Shown piece after piece: positions 24,501 through 39,500 of a stretch of 64,000 nt of DNA. The stretch lies in contig NW_019091357.1 in the NCBI RefSeq assembly GCF_001949145.1, positions 4,364,228 through 4,428,227 on the forward strand, given 5' to 3'. How positions within the stretch are numbered: the stretch's first letter is position 1; every line of letters starts with the position of its first letter. The position numbers and the translations under genes are program-made. This DNA comes from Acanthaster planci (taxonomy: Eukaryota). Under the pieces are notes generated by a model. The model searched no databases and was not told where the DNA came from. It worked only from the letters and a program-made list of their open reading frames with translations.

Positions 24501-27500
24501 AGTCGTGTCAACCACTCCAGGAAAAGTTTTGAAATCTTAACCAAGGATCACAGTTCCTGTATGTGTTGGCCTTTAGTGATGCATTGATTGGGGCACTGTG
24601 CTCGTGCGTACATGTATACACTCTATGTACGTATTTGGATCAACGTGTATTGATGGCCAGAGATCCCAGAAATTATACTCTTCCAACGTTAAGGCAACAA
24701 ACTTTCAATGGGTATTGGAAGCTAATGCATGTTAGCCACTCTGACACAAATGTGTATGATTTAATAATTAAATACATGTAATAATCGACTGTGAGCAAAC
24801 AGCAACATGCTAAGTTGCCCTTCAGTTGTGGTACTGGTACTGTGCGTGTATTTCTGTTGCCCAGGTGATTAAGATACATGTAGCTGTGAATTAAAAAGCT
24901 AGAATGTGTAGATGAACTTTACGTACCGTGGCCAGGAGGCCAAGCAGACACTTGAAGCCATCAATAAAAATTGAAATACATGCATTTCATATGAATATGT
25001 GTGTGTACAGCACGTGCACTAGTGAACAAATGGATGTACATGTATGTGTGCATGGTGAAAAATTCGCAAAAAATCTAGCTGCATGCTAGTTTGAAGTTGT
25101 CCCTTTTCTATAAGTTGTCCATTTAACAATTGTGGCCTGCAGTGTAGGGGTCCATAGGGTTTTGTTCGCCTCATGTGCCATTTGCCCCTTAGGGTGTACA
25201 AAATACAAGGACCCCCGTCACTGCAGGCATCAGTTGTTTTATTATTATTGTTTTATTGGTCAAAGATTTTATGTCGAAATGTTCTTACATGAACATGTAT
25301 ATCTATAATATAATATCTATAATATAATATAATATCTATATCACACGATAAATTAAAACACCTTGACAAATTGAAAGAGATGAACAGTAACTTAGATAAA
25401 CATTTCAAGGAAAATTATTGAGTGTTATGTACTTTGTTGTGGATGTTTTCATTTTTTTTGCAGGAGGGGTAGAAATCCAGGATTTACATGTGTAATAAAC
25501 TTGTTTGATAGAGGAACCTGTGATCCATAAAAAATTGGGGGTTTTGTCGAGTGGTTGAATTTCAAGACATCATGTGCAACAAGATCCGTTGAAAAGTATT
25601 GACAAGATTGAAGAGCAGATGAGAAGATACAATGGCATGAGCATTTTAACAGCAATGATGATCGCAGCAGAAGCAGTGATCAGAGCATATTTGTGTTCCA
25701 CGAGCCAAGTAGTACCACTGCGGCTTTCCCCCTCCCCCGTATACCCAAGGTTACACAATTACAATGTAGGAGACATGACATACACTATCAACTTTTTGAA
25801 AGATCACCGTGATCCATCATTTTTGCGGCCTGGCAATATTGCCAGTGTGCACGATGTGGGAATGATAAATGTGTGCTTGTAACATGTCACGTGATCAATT
25901 TGCAACCAATGAAAAATTCTCTGTTTATGACTGTGGTATAAAACACAAGTTGATTTATTTTGTGTATTTTTAGCACTGTGATGGGAGACGCTGTTAGCAA
26001 GTGAAGTAATTTTGTAGGACTCAATTTGTTTGGGTTCATCTTTAAAAATTGAGGAAAGGAGAAGAGAATTGAATTGAAAGAAACTTTTTCTTGCTTTGCA
26101 GATCGAAGGACATCGTTTTCTGGTCATGAATGGGGAGGACAGCACTAGGCTGCGGGGTCGACATTTTGAGGGGGCAGAAGTTAGCCAATCACCGCGTCGC
26201 AGTCTGCGCACAAAATCGGGAAGCCCTGTCATTCTCCGCAAGGTAGGTATCAAACAGACAAATACTCTGGTACATGTATGTAAACAAAGCAGAACAAAGT
26301 GAAATCTAGAGGCTTGTAGAACAAAGGTAGTGGAAAACCAGTTTAGTATTCCATGTAGGGTTCAATGACCTGAAAAGATAATTGTGGAAATGACGGTGAT
26401 GCATTCAAGATTGTTCCGTGAACCCCCAAACAAAAAACAAAAGTAATGCCAAAGGGAGGCTATTTTTAATATTCTTGATGTGAATTGGGTTCTGTCTCGA
26501 ATGGTAGTCTGTCTGACGGTTCTTCACTGCAAGTTTGTGAACATTCCAGTGGAATTGCATCAGGGTGACTATGGACACCAGTTTGTTCTCAATCAGCCAG
26601 TTAAGTTTTGTAAATAGCCCCCTCTGTTGTTGACTGGTGGTCAGGTTGTCAGAAGCCAGGACATGCACATGTGCAATACATCAAAATTAACATGTGAAAA
26701 TGCACTGTTGGTTGTCACTGGCACGTTTTCCTGCAGAATTCTTTGTGCTCTATGAGGGCCAGGCATTGTTGTGAATTAATGTGGTGCATGTAATTAATAG
26801 TGCAATAGCGTCATTTTATTAATAACATGGTTAATTTTACATGTGTACACGTACATGTATGTACCAGACTTTCAAATGTAAAATGGTACATTTCTTTCAG
26901 TAATCCATCCTTCCATCCAAATGTTTTCTGATGCTTTCATTTAGTTTTTAAATTTCAGAGATAAAATAGTTTGGGTTGAGCATTTCTTTCAGTAGTGTTG
27001 GGTTGTTTAAAATTAGGTGGAATCAGCTCTATGATGTGTTACTGCAGTAGTTGGAGTAGGCGTTGAAGGAACTGAAGGACTGTAGATTCAGTTGATTTGA
27101 CAGTTTAAAATGTAACGGTTTGATTAATTAGACCAGTTTCATGCTGTGGAAGTAAAGTGTTACACATTGATAAATTTGTTGTGAGATGAAACCTGTATGG
27201 AAAAGAAGGAATTCAGTCAAATCCCTCCCCCCAAGTAACCACATACCCTCACACAAAACTTCATACATGCATGAAAGTATCTGATCAAACGCCATGTGAC
27301 ATTTCAAACATGGAACAAGTTTTGAGCTTTATTGACATGAGAATGTTTATGTACCAAATTCTCCGACATAAATGCTACCTTTGTAGCGAAGAGAAAGCCT
27401 CAGGTAGGTTGCTCAGAGACGGCAACATATACATATACGTACATGTATCTATATACATGTACATATACATATGCAGGCATCTCTCAAGAAAGCTTGCCAG

Positions 27501-30500
27501 CTCCACCTAATTTGACTTATATTAGGACCCCCCCAAAAAATAGTTCTGCTTTACATGCCTCTCAAAAATAGGGTCAGTAGGTCAGAAAATTTTTTTTCGG
27601 TCTTTTTTGGTGCCGATTGAACAGCATGAACAGGGACGAAAGCGACCAAAAATCGCCTCAAAAGGGATAACTTAACTTGCCATAATCTATGTCAAAATTT
27701 CTACAGTGGACAATTCTGAAGCATATTGTGTGGTAAGCGTCCATTATGCGTCCAGATGGGTGGGCAATTAGCCTCGTTCCGCTGCAGGAAATTTTGTGGA
27801 AGCACGCTTGCTTCAAGTACGAGCAAAACAACCTTGAATTTAACTCGTGAACATACAAACACACACAGACAACAGAGTAAGTTCTGTGAATGAACTGGCA
27901 GAAATCATCTTGCAACATCAATGTTTTTCGATGTACAGCTGTAGGGTTGCGTGCATGTACAGCCGGAGTATAGTGTAATGACACCATTAGTATAGACTGG
28001 CTGCTACATTTCCATCCCGCTTTCTTTGCATGGGCGCAGCGCAGCGCAGCAGGAACGCAACATTGCTTTAATACATTGAGCTTTGCACACGTTTTCACCA
28101 CTGTGACGGCAGAATGGGAAGGGAACTCGTGAAAAAAGTTGACGTTTCTTTTCAAAAGTTGCAAATGTAAGCAGCAAAACATGTAAAAAAGACGTTTAAA
28201 CATGAAAAAAGGTTGGTCAGAGGTGATTTGAAAAGACAGGAAAGACAACAGGATTTGTTTTTTAATGTTTGAAAATTTTGTAAAACTTTAAAAAAAATTT
28301 TCTTGCTTGCCGATAAAAAAAATTAGGGTGGCGCCCAAAAGTTTGGGTTGGTTGGGAAACTGGAAGCAGCAGAATTGTTTCTTGGCTTTAGCTACCCGGC
28401 CCCAGTTCTACCCCTCCGCCCCTGCACCCCCCCCAAAAAACCCCAATAAGGGTCATTCTATAAATTTGGGGTCCAATTTTTTCCCGTCCCTGTTATGTCT
28501 GGCATATGATTTGTTAATGTTTAGAACTCATTGTTTAATTTCAAAGACTGAATAAGAACGGAAAATTACCTGTCAAACAAACGAAAATAATTTGAAGTCA
28601 ATGTCAGTGATACATCCCCTGTCAAACATGTCAGATGGTATACATACCAGAGGTAACAGGGATGGAAAAATGTCACACTTTGGACCCCAAATTTAAAGAA
28701 TGACCCATAAATAAATTAAGAATTTGCGGGGCCAGCTTCCACTTCCAGCTTAACAGTAGGGTTTCTTTTGCAACCAAGCCCCATTTCTTTTGGGAGGGGG
28801 GGGAGTCTGAATGCAGCTGGCCTTGCCAACCTTGACATGACCAGCCATAGTTAGCGTAACTGAACAAAGCTGGCTGCGTCATATTTTCAATATGCTGTCT
28901 ACCAAAGCCAGTGTCCTACTTCATCCCTCGCACCGGCACATGATTACATACATGTTAACATGCGACTTAGGTATTGGCAGTAAACGCTTAAACGATGGGC
29001 CAAAGAGTATGGAACAGTCACCTGTACCAGAGTTAACATCCATTAGGTGGGCAGGGCATTCTCCACAGCTCTCTGTGAGGAAGACTCGTGGACTGGTAGA
29101 AACCCAAGCTGCATTATATACTTACCGTAAACTGTACTCGTACATGTCACAGGGATTGACGTTTTCAAAAATGTCTACTCGTATGTAAACTTTTCAGTCT
29201 TTGATTAGAACCCAGAATTTGATTTCATATTTTGTGAGATAGCAGAAGTTGAGAACACATTAATTTCTTTAGATAAAAGAATGTGAACAAAACACTGACA
29301 TGTGAATCCTCTAAATTACATGTAAGTATAGAATCGAAAGGTTTTTCTCACATGTATGTTTGATTTAATCAAATCAAATCAAATCGAATCTGATCTCCTT
29401 AACGTTCACATTCCAAGCTCTTGTTCAAAAGTCACCTTCCATTTCAGTTTTTCACAGTCGACATAATGTACATCACGCATACATACGTACAACATAATAA
29501 CTGTACATTGTATAACAATACATCCATTTTTGGGAGGGGGGCCTTCGGAGCTCATTATCATTCGTGATTAGTTTAAACACTGAGTGACCGCACATTACCT
29601 AATGGCATATATGTACATGTATATTACACTGCACCTGCTCTACTTCCACGTGTAATCTCCTGGCTGTCCCCAACTTGCAATCAAGCCAAGCCAACCAACT
29701 CATGCATCCAGTCCTTCCCGCCTCAGAATCATCCGCAGTCCCGCTAATGGGCTTTTTGTTCTTAAGCTGCTTGCTGAGCAAAGAAAGGAATGCCTGTGGA
29801 CCAGGAAATGATGCCCCTAAGAAGAAGACAGGCATACGTGTAGCCCTCACTCTCCCTGCCTCCTTGCCCAGCTTTTGGGGTTATCATCATTAGCATGAAA
29901 CCCAAGTTTGCTTTGTCTGTTAGTCATCACAGATCAGAGGTTTATGAAAGCGGCTAGTACATGCACATAGTTAACGATAGTACCACATCTTTGCACATGC
30001 ATGGAATGTCATTTCCATCTATGCCCAACCAGTCTCAAATTTGAAAAGTATGCTTTTTCTCACTTTTTTCATACATGTACATGTACACGTGCTACATGTA
30101 CATGTAGTTGGAGCATTTCTGATGAGCCGTCATAAGTTATATACATGCTTTTACTTGTGTTATTTTTTATATATATTTTTTAATAATAAAAGTTACTATT
30201 TTTATGACATATTACCCCAAAGTCCTTGTCAGCCTCCCTTTTTGTAATTTTATATCAATTTATTTTCTTCATTTATAACATTTGGGCGTCTGAAGAAGAA
30301 ACAAGATTGCCTTGTTTACAAGGCTGCCCCCCCCCGTACATGTCAATCTTTCTTGCCATGTATAAGTTTCGGACAGTGATATCTAATCCCATCAACTTAC
30401 ATGTACATTTTTGACAGGTGTTACAGAAACTTTGCTTGTGAAACAAAGCAGGGGGTTTAGGATAGGCAGCAGTACACATTTTGGTTTGGTTTGTTTGTTT

Positions 30501-33500
30501 GTTTGTTGTTTTTTTTTTACTGAGTGCCTTTTCCGTCCTAAGTAAAACATTGCATAGTTACCCATATGTGTTTAAATACCCAGCTGCATGTAGCGGTATG
30601 ACAAACAAAAAATGAACGGAGCACAAAAATAAGACCCAGATGAACCCTCCTGCAGCATGTAACACAACATGTACTATGCTGTGACACATACAGCACACAA
30701 CTGCTTTAGTGGTCATGCAACACCTGACTACATTATTTACTAAATTGAATCGTCTTTTCATGGCACACACTTCCATCACTAGGCTCAGTCCTGTCATTTC
30801 GGTCAGCTTACAAAAGAACATACTGGGCAATCTTGTTTGTACAACCCGAATTGATGTTACATGTAATTTTTCTTCAAACCTTACACTGAACATCTGTTGG
30901 CCAAAAAGGTCTCTTCGTTTGGAAGTTGCATCAACACTGACACGTCTGTACAGATTGCATGCAAAGATTTAACGATGCTTAGGTACATGTACATTTACAT
31001 GTACAGTCATTGTAATGCACATGTACCGTACACTGAGGGTTGCAGGCATTAAAAGAACTTTTGCTTTACAGTGGCCGCTCTACAGTGTCCATGTACATGT
31101 GGGATGCATACACCGATAGATTGACATGACCTGTAGTCGCTGACTATTTATTCTTGAACAGGTAGTTGAATATTGATTGGATTGACACATGTGATTGTCC
31201 TGAAACATCTGTGGCTGTTTTCGTCTTATTTTTTTGTTTTTTTTTCTACAATAATAGAGACTTCAATTCAACTCTAAAAAAAAAATGATTGCATTGTTAG
31301 GCAATGCACACAAAGAATGGAAACTGTAAAGTACAATGTAAGTTTACTGATGTCCGCTGGCATGCGACATATGGCGCCAATTCATAATTTCCACTATTGT
31401 ATGCAACTGAGTGCTCACTGTTCATCAGCTGTGGAATTAGGAACAGTCTCAAGATTAATATTGATAATTACCACGCATGCACTCTCAAACACGACATGTT
31501 AGTGAGCGATTTCATGTTAAAATGTTGTATAGCAAATTCGCTATGCACTTTTGGGATTGCATAGCAAAAAATTGACTTTATATAGCAACCGATTAATTTT
31601 TCTTTAGCAGTTTCTGTTGTAACTTACACGTAAATCACGTTAAAACACTAAGCTTGGGTTTTTTGTCGATTATTGTTCATCATTATGGCCATCACGTATG
31701 CAAAAAAAAGGTTCCAGAATCGTCCACAGAAGAATTGCATCATCACTTGCCCCGCAACAGTTACAACGGCAAGTAACTTCATAATCACGTCATACCGTGG
31801 TATGGCCTAGGGCGTCGCTGGGGCCATCATTTCAAACTGTGCACTTTTTCTGCAGTAAGGGCTGGATTGAACATCTGGGAACTTTGCTAGAGCATGTGCC
31901 CACTGCGCCTTGCTTGGCTGCATGTGCTATATGCAGAAAGCAGCGCATACATACATGTACATGTATCACAGCACTGTTCTTGCTCTGCTGATCGACGATC
32001 TTTCCTGACATGACAAACGTACCAGTAAACAGTTCAGACTCCTGAGTCGTGGTACCAGTGTTACATCCATGTTTATAATTAAATCTTTACATATTTTTTG
32101 TGTCCGTAACATAAACAAAATATTTTGATAAATGTTCACCGGAAAATTCTCATGGAAAGGTGTTGCTGCGTCCATTTTGTGGCAAGTTGTCCGTTCTTTG
32201 GCTACCTCATATGCCTGATGGTTTCAGGATTACCACTAACGTGCTGTTATAAATACATGTACATGTACATGCACGGGGATTCTAGTAACAGGACCTTCGT
32301 TTTTTGCAGTCGATAGTTTTCTCAACATTTTCCTTTATTTCACTGATAAAAGAGCAGGTTTACGAAATTCCTAAAATAAAAAAAATCCATCGCATATTGT
32401 ATCGCAAAACCCTGCAATCCATTTTTAAAACCGGATCGCAGATTGTCCAAAACACGTCGCATTTTGCGATGCGATACAGGGGAAATCGCTCACTGCATGT
32501 ACAGTGTACAACTAACTCAAAATGGAGCAAAGTTGTTCTTGAGACAACCATTGTTGTAACGTTACCACGTGCGTAATGTGGGATCCATGATTTTGGTCCC
32601 AGCTCACTCCATTTGCTTTGCACTCAGACAGAAACATTAATAGGTTGGCATCAGAACCACTTTGTTCACTCCGGTAAGGTGCATCTGAGAGTCTTTTTTC
32701 TTGTGTTGTCTCCACCGTGCAAAGTCTCAAATTCACTGCATCAAGATGTTCAATGCGTGTGTTTTGCCGTGAAACCCTGAGATCCGTTCCGTGCTTTGTA
32801 TGAGCGTTAATTGCATCAAATACAGATGTATGAATTTGAAACATGCTCATGCATGTGTTCACGTATGGTACACATTGCTTCCCCTTAATCATGTTAATAT
32901 TAATCTGTTCATGCACTGTACATCGTACGCTATGTAAAATGTCACCTTGGCCATGTTGCCGAAGAAAAGAATTACACGTACGGATTATGAATTGAGTTTC
33001 ACAAATGTCAAATTACAAATTATTACAGATAACTTGCCAAATACACTGTTACAATAATGTACCGGTACATGTAGAAAATGTACATTTCCCGAAGTTGTAT
33101 TTGTCCTTTTTTATTGTGTTTTACATCTGAATTCTGGTAATCAATTTGTGAAATGATTTCAATCACCTTCACAGTGAGAAGTAATAAGTTGTCATATACA
33201 TGTACAATCTGTAAAGTTTCTCTGGTTTGAAGCCTCATTTTTACACTCCATACACAATGTACACAGCCACACCAGCCAGATGCCACCCAAGATCGCGCTT
33301 TTGTTTGCCCCAGAAAAGTTTGGCTGTCTATTGTCCAAAAGTTTCTTTGTGTAGCCAGTTGGCAAGGCACATGGCATCTCGTTTGGAGGCCCTGGTGCAT
33401 AACATATTGGGGGTGCAGTGGGAGATGGCTGTTCTACTTCCATGGGGATAATATGCTTGGAGAAGTCTCCTTCCCAACAATGCATTCATGTACATGTGGG

Positions 33501-36500
33501 TAAACAGTGCTTGACTTGGTTATTATTTTGCAGAGTCATAAATCTGATATGAGAAATTCATAAGTAACTTGCATGTATTTATGAGTGATGTTATGGTGCC
33601 TTTCCTTTAAATATTAATTCAACGATGCAAATAAAATGTAATTAACATAACTGTAACTGGGAAATATTTGTAAAATGGTTCTGAGGAGTGACATCTTTTT
33701 TGGGGGGGCTTAAAATACCTGATTTTTGGTAGGGTTATATTATATGGTATGTCTTTGTACATATTGCCACAGGAGGTGTGCTGTACACATACCAGTACTG
33801 TACATGTTCCAGTTCATGTAAATGTAGGACTACATGTTCATGTTCCTACATGTACATGGAGAAGTAGTACGCATACACGTGTATGCTGAATGAATGTACA
33901 CATGTACATGTACATTTTGGGTGCACTGCATTACAAAAGGGGCACTTACCTCTTTCATTCAAATGCCCTTCCACCCAATTGTGAGAACAGCCGCCTCAGC
34001 TTGATTTTTATGAATGAAAGTGACCCTTGCCCCCCAGTCACTGTTAAGTTAATCCCATTGGCCAGAAGGTTCTGGGCATGTCAGTGGTATTGACTCTTAA
34101 CACTATAACAGGCACAGGTGTCTGTGGTTTCAATTTACTAATGGGTCCCACTTGTTCATCAATGACTTCTTTGTTGGATAGTAAGTTTTCATTCATAAAA
34201 AAAATGTTTTTCTAGACAGCAGCTGGGGAAATACTGTATCACACTGCATGTGTACATCCTTAAGAAATGCCATTTCGGAAGACACTTCTTGGAAGCTGCC
34301 TTTTGCATTCTGGAATTTTTTTGTTTCTTCAAACACTTTGCTAGTTTCAAGTAAGATACATGTTGTAGCCTACATGTGCTGTTTGATGTGTGACCCGCAC
34401 ATGTACGTGGGTCTTTATTTTAAATAGTGGGCCAAATGTGTGACACGGTCGTCAAAATTTCAAACTTGTCTAAACAAATTCAAAACTTGTTGATATGTAA
34501 TTGATAATACATACATGCAATAAATGTAAATGATTTTTGTTTTGAATAACTACTTGACGTGTACAGACTCAATTTGTGCAGTGGTGCAGGAAATTATTTG
34601 ACGTGTAACAGAGAAACCAAATATGATGGTTCTATGCATGTCATTTCTCGTTAGTAAAGGTTTCTTTTCAACTTTTGCCAATTTTGTTATATGTACATAC
34701 TGTCAAGGAATAGTGATTTCAAATAAATTAGGGATACAAATATACTCTAATACCTGTCCATATTTGCGACGAATGGAAATTAATGCGAAGCAATTTTGAT
34801 GTCATAAGTCATTACAGTTATCACCGAACGTTGCACATATTGCGGTGGGTTCAACATTTGTGAATAAAAAAAGAAACCTTTTATTATGAAAATGTAGAAA
34901 CACTAAAGATTGGGCATAAAAAAGAATTCTTGTTAAAGGAGAATCTTGTATTTAAAGTGCTGTTATTAACGAGGTTTGACTGTCATGACTGAACGGGTAA
35001 GCCTATAAAAACGTGTCATGCACCCACTGGCCTACTTGAAAGTTAAAAACATAACTTCTGTCTTTACTGGATAATGAAGAAAGTTTCAAAGAATTCAGAG
35101 TTGCAGGGATACATGTACTTAGATGCCAGCTCACATTTTTATTCAAGTGGAATGCGAAGAAAGTTTTATGTCATGAAGTGTTTATGTCAAAAAGTTCAAC
35201 AAAATCCCCACGTCCAATTTTGTGATGTGAACTGTATGCTAATGTATGTTGATGAGGTCACAGCCGGCCTAGCAGACCATTCACAAAATAGCCCCAGCAT
35301 ACTTAGTCGGTGTGGCACATGCGCGCCGGTGGCTGTTTCCCGAGAAGTGTAATGTGCATTGCACTGTTTCCCTGTGGTCACTGCCACCGAACGTTCCGCC
35401 GCTCACAAGACAATCGGCGGCACGCATGTACCGACTTGACACAGCACGCTGTGAATGGACCGCTAGGCCGGCGTGTCATGACATTGTTAACGGACATTAG
35501 CATACGGGTAAGCCTGCAAAATAAAAAATGGCGACAACGACAAGCGTTTCCGATTCGAAGGGAAAAATGTTTCCTTTCTTCCATACGCTCATATTTATTT
35601 GTAAGTTTTAAGTGGCTATCATGCTCCTTTTTTCGGCAAATACGTTAATTTTCAGGGGAATTTTACCTTCATTTATTGAGAAGAAACCCGCAACCCGTAA
35701 CTTACTGTCACAGCGTAGGATGTAGCGAAAACTTCGATCGAAATTTCTCGATGATGAAGGAATGGCGGGAATTTGGCATGTCTTTGTCATGTGACGATCA
35801 CGTGACGGCGCATGCAGGCTTGCAATATGATCCCGACTCGGGCGAACGTTGGAAGTTGCAAGAACTTTTTTGTTCACAACGTAAAGATTTTGCGAGTAAC
35901 CAAAATATTTTTTGACGAGAATTTACTGTGATATCTTCAGAAATGTTTGGGATCTCAGACACAAGTTAGTAGGAGGTATTTTGGAAAGTACTTAGAGTTG
36001 ATATTTTCGGTTTTGGAAATGATTTGCAACAGGTTTTTGTTTGTTTTTAACAGCCAAAAATGATTTTCACTTCGTCACAACTGGAGGAACGAAATGTGAC
36101 GTTGTTATATCAGATTATGACGGCACCTGTATTCTCAATTAAAATGAATTTCATTTGGGATTTATCCGATATCATAATTTATCTCTCTGTTGATAGGTTA
36201 CTTAGAAAATAAACGATTTATTTGTTTTTTTCATGGGTATGAAATGTCAAATGAAACAGGTAATCAAAAATGTCACACTAAATACTAAAAACAGAGAGAA
36301 ACGATGAGGTTTTTCCCTTGCAATTCTTGTGTAAATCAACTTTTTTTAATGTAAATGAATTTAATGTAATCAACACATATTAATTGACAAATACATATGA
36401 AAATTAAAAGGGAAAGTGAAACTGGTCTTGTTTTAAATGGTCATGATAATTGTGATGTCCCTGAAATACACATTGGCCCCCACTTTAAAATAAAGACCCA

Positions 36501-39500
36501 CATACATGTACAGATATTTCATTGATACATGAACCACGTACAGTACATGCACTAGCACATGTACATGTACCTGTCCTTGCCCCCAAGTGCTACTTTTGAA
36601 TAAGACAGTGGTCACACCGAAAGAAAACTGTAACCTGAAAAAAAAAGTCTTCAGGTGCGTTAGTTGTTCTGAAAGGAACGGGCTTTGACAGTCGGGGAAA
36701 AAACAAAGTTCTAGTGGCTTTAACTATGCATGCGGGCCAAAGTAGTTTGACATTTTTGAGTCACCTCTAAAGATCTCCTTGTGGAAATTACGTATGGTAT
36801 GGTGAGATGACCTCGGACTCTTTTTGTGTTGGATGGCTACATTTTAATGATGGTATTCGTATCGGCCTGCTATGACACAGGAATATTGTCAGGGTAACTG
36901 ATCGGTATGGACTTCTTTGGCATTGTACATGTAAGTCTTCCTTTCCTTTGCATCTCGTACCATCAATTCTGGAAAAAAAAAATGTCCCCAACAATTTTTT
37001 TTTCTCACGCTATCTTTATTCTCTTGCAGGCCACAGACGAACACCCTGAGAACCGGTCGCCAAGGAGGCAAGCTATTCATCTCACCAGTGAGCACACAGG
37101 TAACTTTCCTGACAGCAGGCAATTTCAGCAATTAGCAGAGTCAAGGTTCACTGTGTTGGGTGAGAGTGCATGAAATAATTTGATCCAAAATTGGGTCGTC
37201 TCAAGAAAGTTGGACTAAAGCCAAACTTGTCGAATTTGTTTTTCTGGGGGGGTTCATTTTAGAAAAATTAAATCACCGTTTTTGCTGTTCGGTAATACAT
37301 TTTTATGTTGTTTTTGTTTTTATTCATACCTTTTACTTTTGGGCATGACTTTTTCCCCGTCTTTCATTAATCAAAAGCGTCCCCTACAGGGATGGGGGAG
37401 CAACACAGTGCAAAGACAGATTTTCGGGGGATGGGGAGAAATGGGAGGGAGGTTGTAAAGTTGAGGAATTTACCAAGTGAAGTGATGCGATTAAATCGAT
37501 CACTTTTTCAGTAAACCATTGTTATGTGTAGTTGTGTACATGTAATTGAAACAAAATGAAATGTTTGCAAATAATTTGTGGGTTTTTTTTTTACCATCCG
37601 TAAAACGTACATGTACCTTTTGTGCATACCAGCTGGCCAGTCAAAATTACTTGAAAGAATAACGGCGAAGTAAACATGTAACGGTGTCAAGGCCTGGAGA
37701 TCCTTCTGAAAGTGTGGTTTTTGTGACATTTTATCGCCATTTTTTTGTACTCACACAAAGCATAAGGACACCCTTTCTCGGTTGGTGCATTGTGCAGTGA
37801 AGCACCATACACCGCGCATCTGCAGGTGTGTGCCTCACATGCTCACGTATGTGCACGCTCGTTCAGGCCGGCATCCACAATGTAAACCAAGTCTATCACT
37901 TGCCAAATTTCTATTAGGAGCGAAATGGCAAAAGTCACAGGCCTTTCATGCCTACAATTTTATATCCTGGTGAAATTGCATTCGTTGGGCCGGTTGTGAA
38001 ATAAAATGTGTTTCTCAACCGCGTTTTTTGGGGCGTCTGCGGTGTGTTTGCTTTGATGTGGAGAGATGCTTTTTTATGTTTGTTGAATGTGAGGAATTTG
38101 TGAATGATGGAAGCTGCATATAAATTTATCAACTGATGTTTTGGAATTGTACATGTAGTCTGGACTTGTGCTTGTACGTGTACAGTATAGTTTAGATTAT
38201 AACTTAAATTTTTAAAAATCTAATTCTTGTTTTCTGTTAGGATCTGAAATGGTGTAATTGTCATCTGTTTGGTATTACAAACTCTTTATTGTCCATTTTC
38301 TTGCACACTTGATTGCTTGCAATTGCACAAATACCCACATGCGGGTGAACCTGGAAACGTCTCGTGCAAATTACTGAATGAAACAACCCCCCCCAAGGGA
38401 CCGATGCTAAACACACCGGAAATTACTCTGTCTTGTGCGGCTGTTCATTTACAATACCAGCAGGAGGTCATTTCAAACAATCTCTCAAGAGGGGCATCTT
38501 TATGTGACATGATTTGCCACAAGTGGAATTTCGCTCCAGCCTAGATCTGCTTATGTTTAGTTGTAAAAGGAGTATCAGATTCCAACCAGGACACTGAAAT
38601 GATTGTCTCGGGTTTGCAGAGAATTGATCCCATAAAAGAGATGGATACTGGTAAGGCCTGAATTTTTCTTGAAAAGCCTTGTGGCAGAATCTTTGTCTAA
38701 GGCAAAGAAAGATTCAGCTTTCGGTATGAATACATGTAGTCAGCCCCTCCGTATTTTCAAATTTAAAAAAACTATTAAAAGCAGGATGAAACAGCACAAA
38801 TTCTGAAAGTAAACGGATTCCATGAATCTTCAATTGAGCCTTTTTTTCTAATTTGAATTAAATTTCTTTGATAGGATTTGGAAGGAGTTCCTGAGAAGTT
38901 GTAGGGTTGATGTTGAAAATGTTGATACAGGTAGTTGTCCAGAGGGCCCTAAAAAAATAGACTTTTCCATTAAACATATTTAAAAAAAAATTTTTTTTCT
39001 CTCTCTCGTCCAATTGAGGACGCTGAAGTTGCATTGATACAGAGGATGCTTTTTGTCTGAAGATGCCATTAAGTATGGACAAGGCCAGCTATCTGTTAGG
39101 CATTAATGAAAATGTTGCTGCGAATCGATGCGGTCTCAAATGCAAAAATACAACGAATTATTTCAGGGCTGTCCTTTTGTGTTTCCACCTGTCTCATCTT
39201 GGCTCTGCTACAAACGGCACTTTAGAAGACATGGAGTGTGCCATCAGATGCTCAGAACGGGATCTGGTTTGTCCAGATAACGGAGCGGACACCTGTAAGT
39301 AACTCCGGGTCGATGGGGCTCCCAAGCCCGTGGCCAGTAATTCTTGTCTTGCGTGGAAGCACACAGAATTATCGACATTCTCCCCCTGAAACAGGATCGT
39401 GCTTTCAGCAAGCACGACAGCATGTGCGCAGTAAAGACACAGAACAAGTCCATTGGAAGCACACTGAATTTTTTTCCTTTTTTTTTCTTATGAAAATCCT

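Noticed and set aside
27658..28248. 196 aa ORF inside a transposon-like element
   Set aside because: No DDE or transposase motifs, and the composition is typical of a spurious ORF
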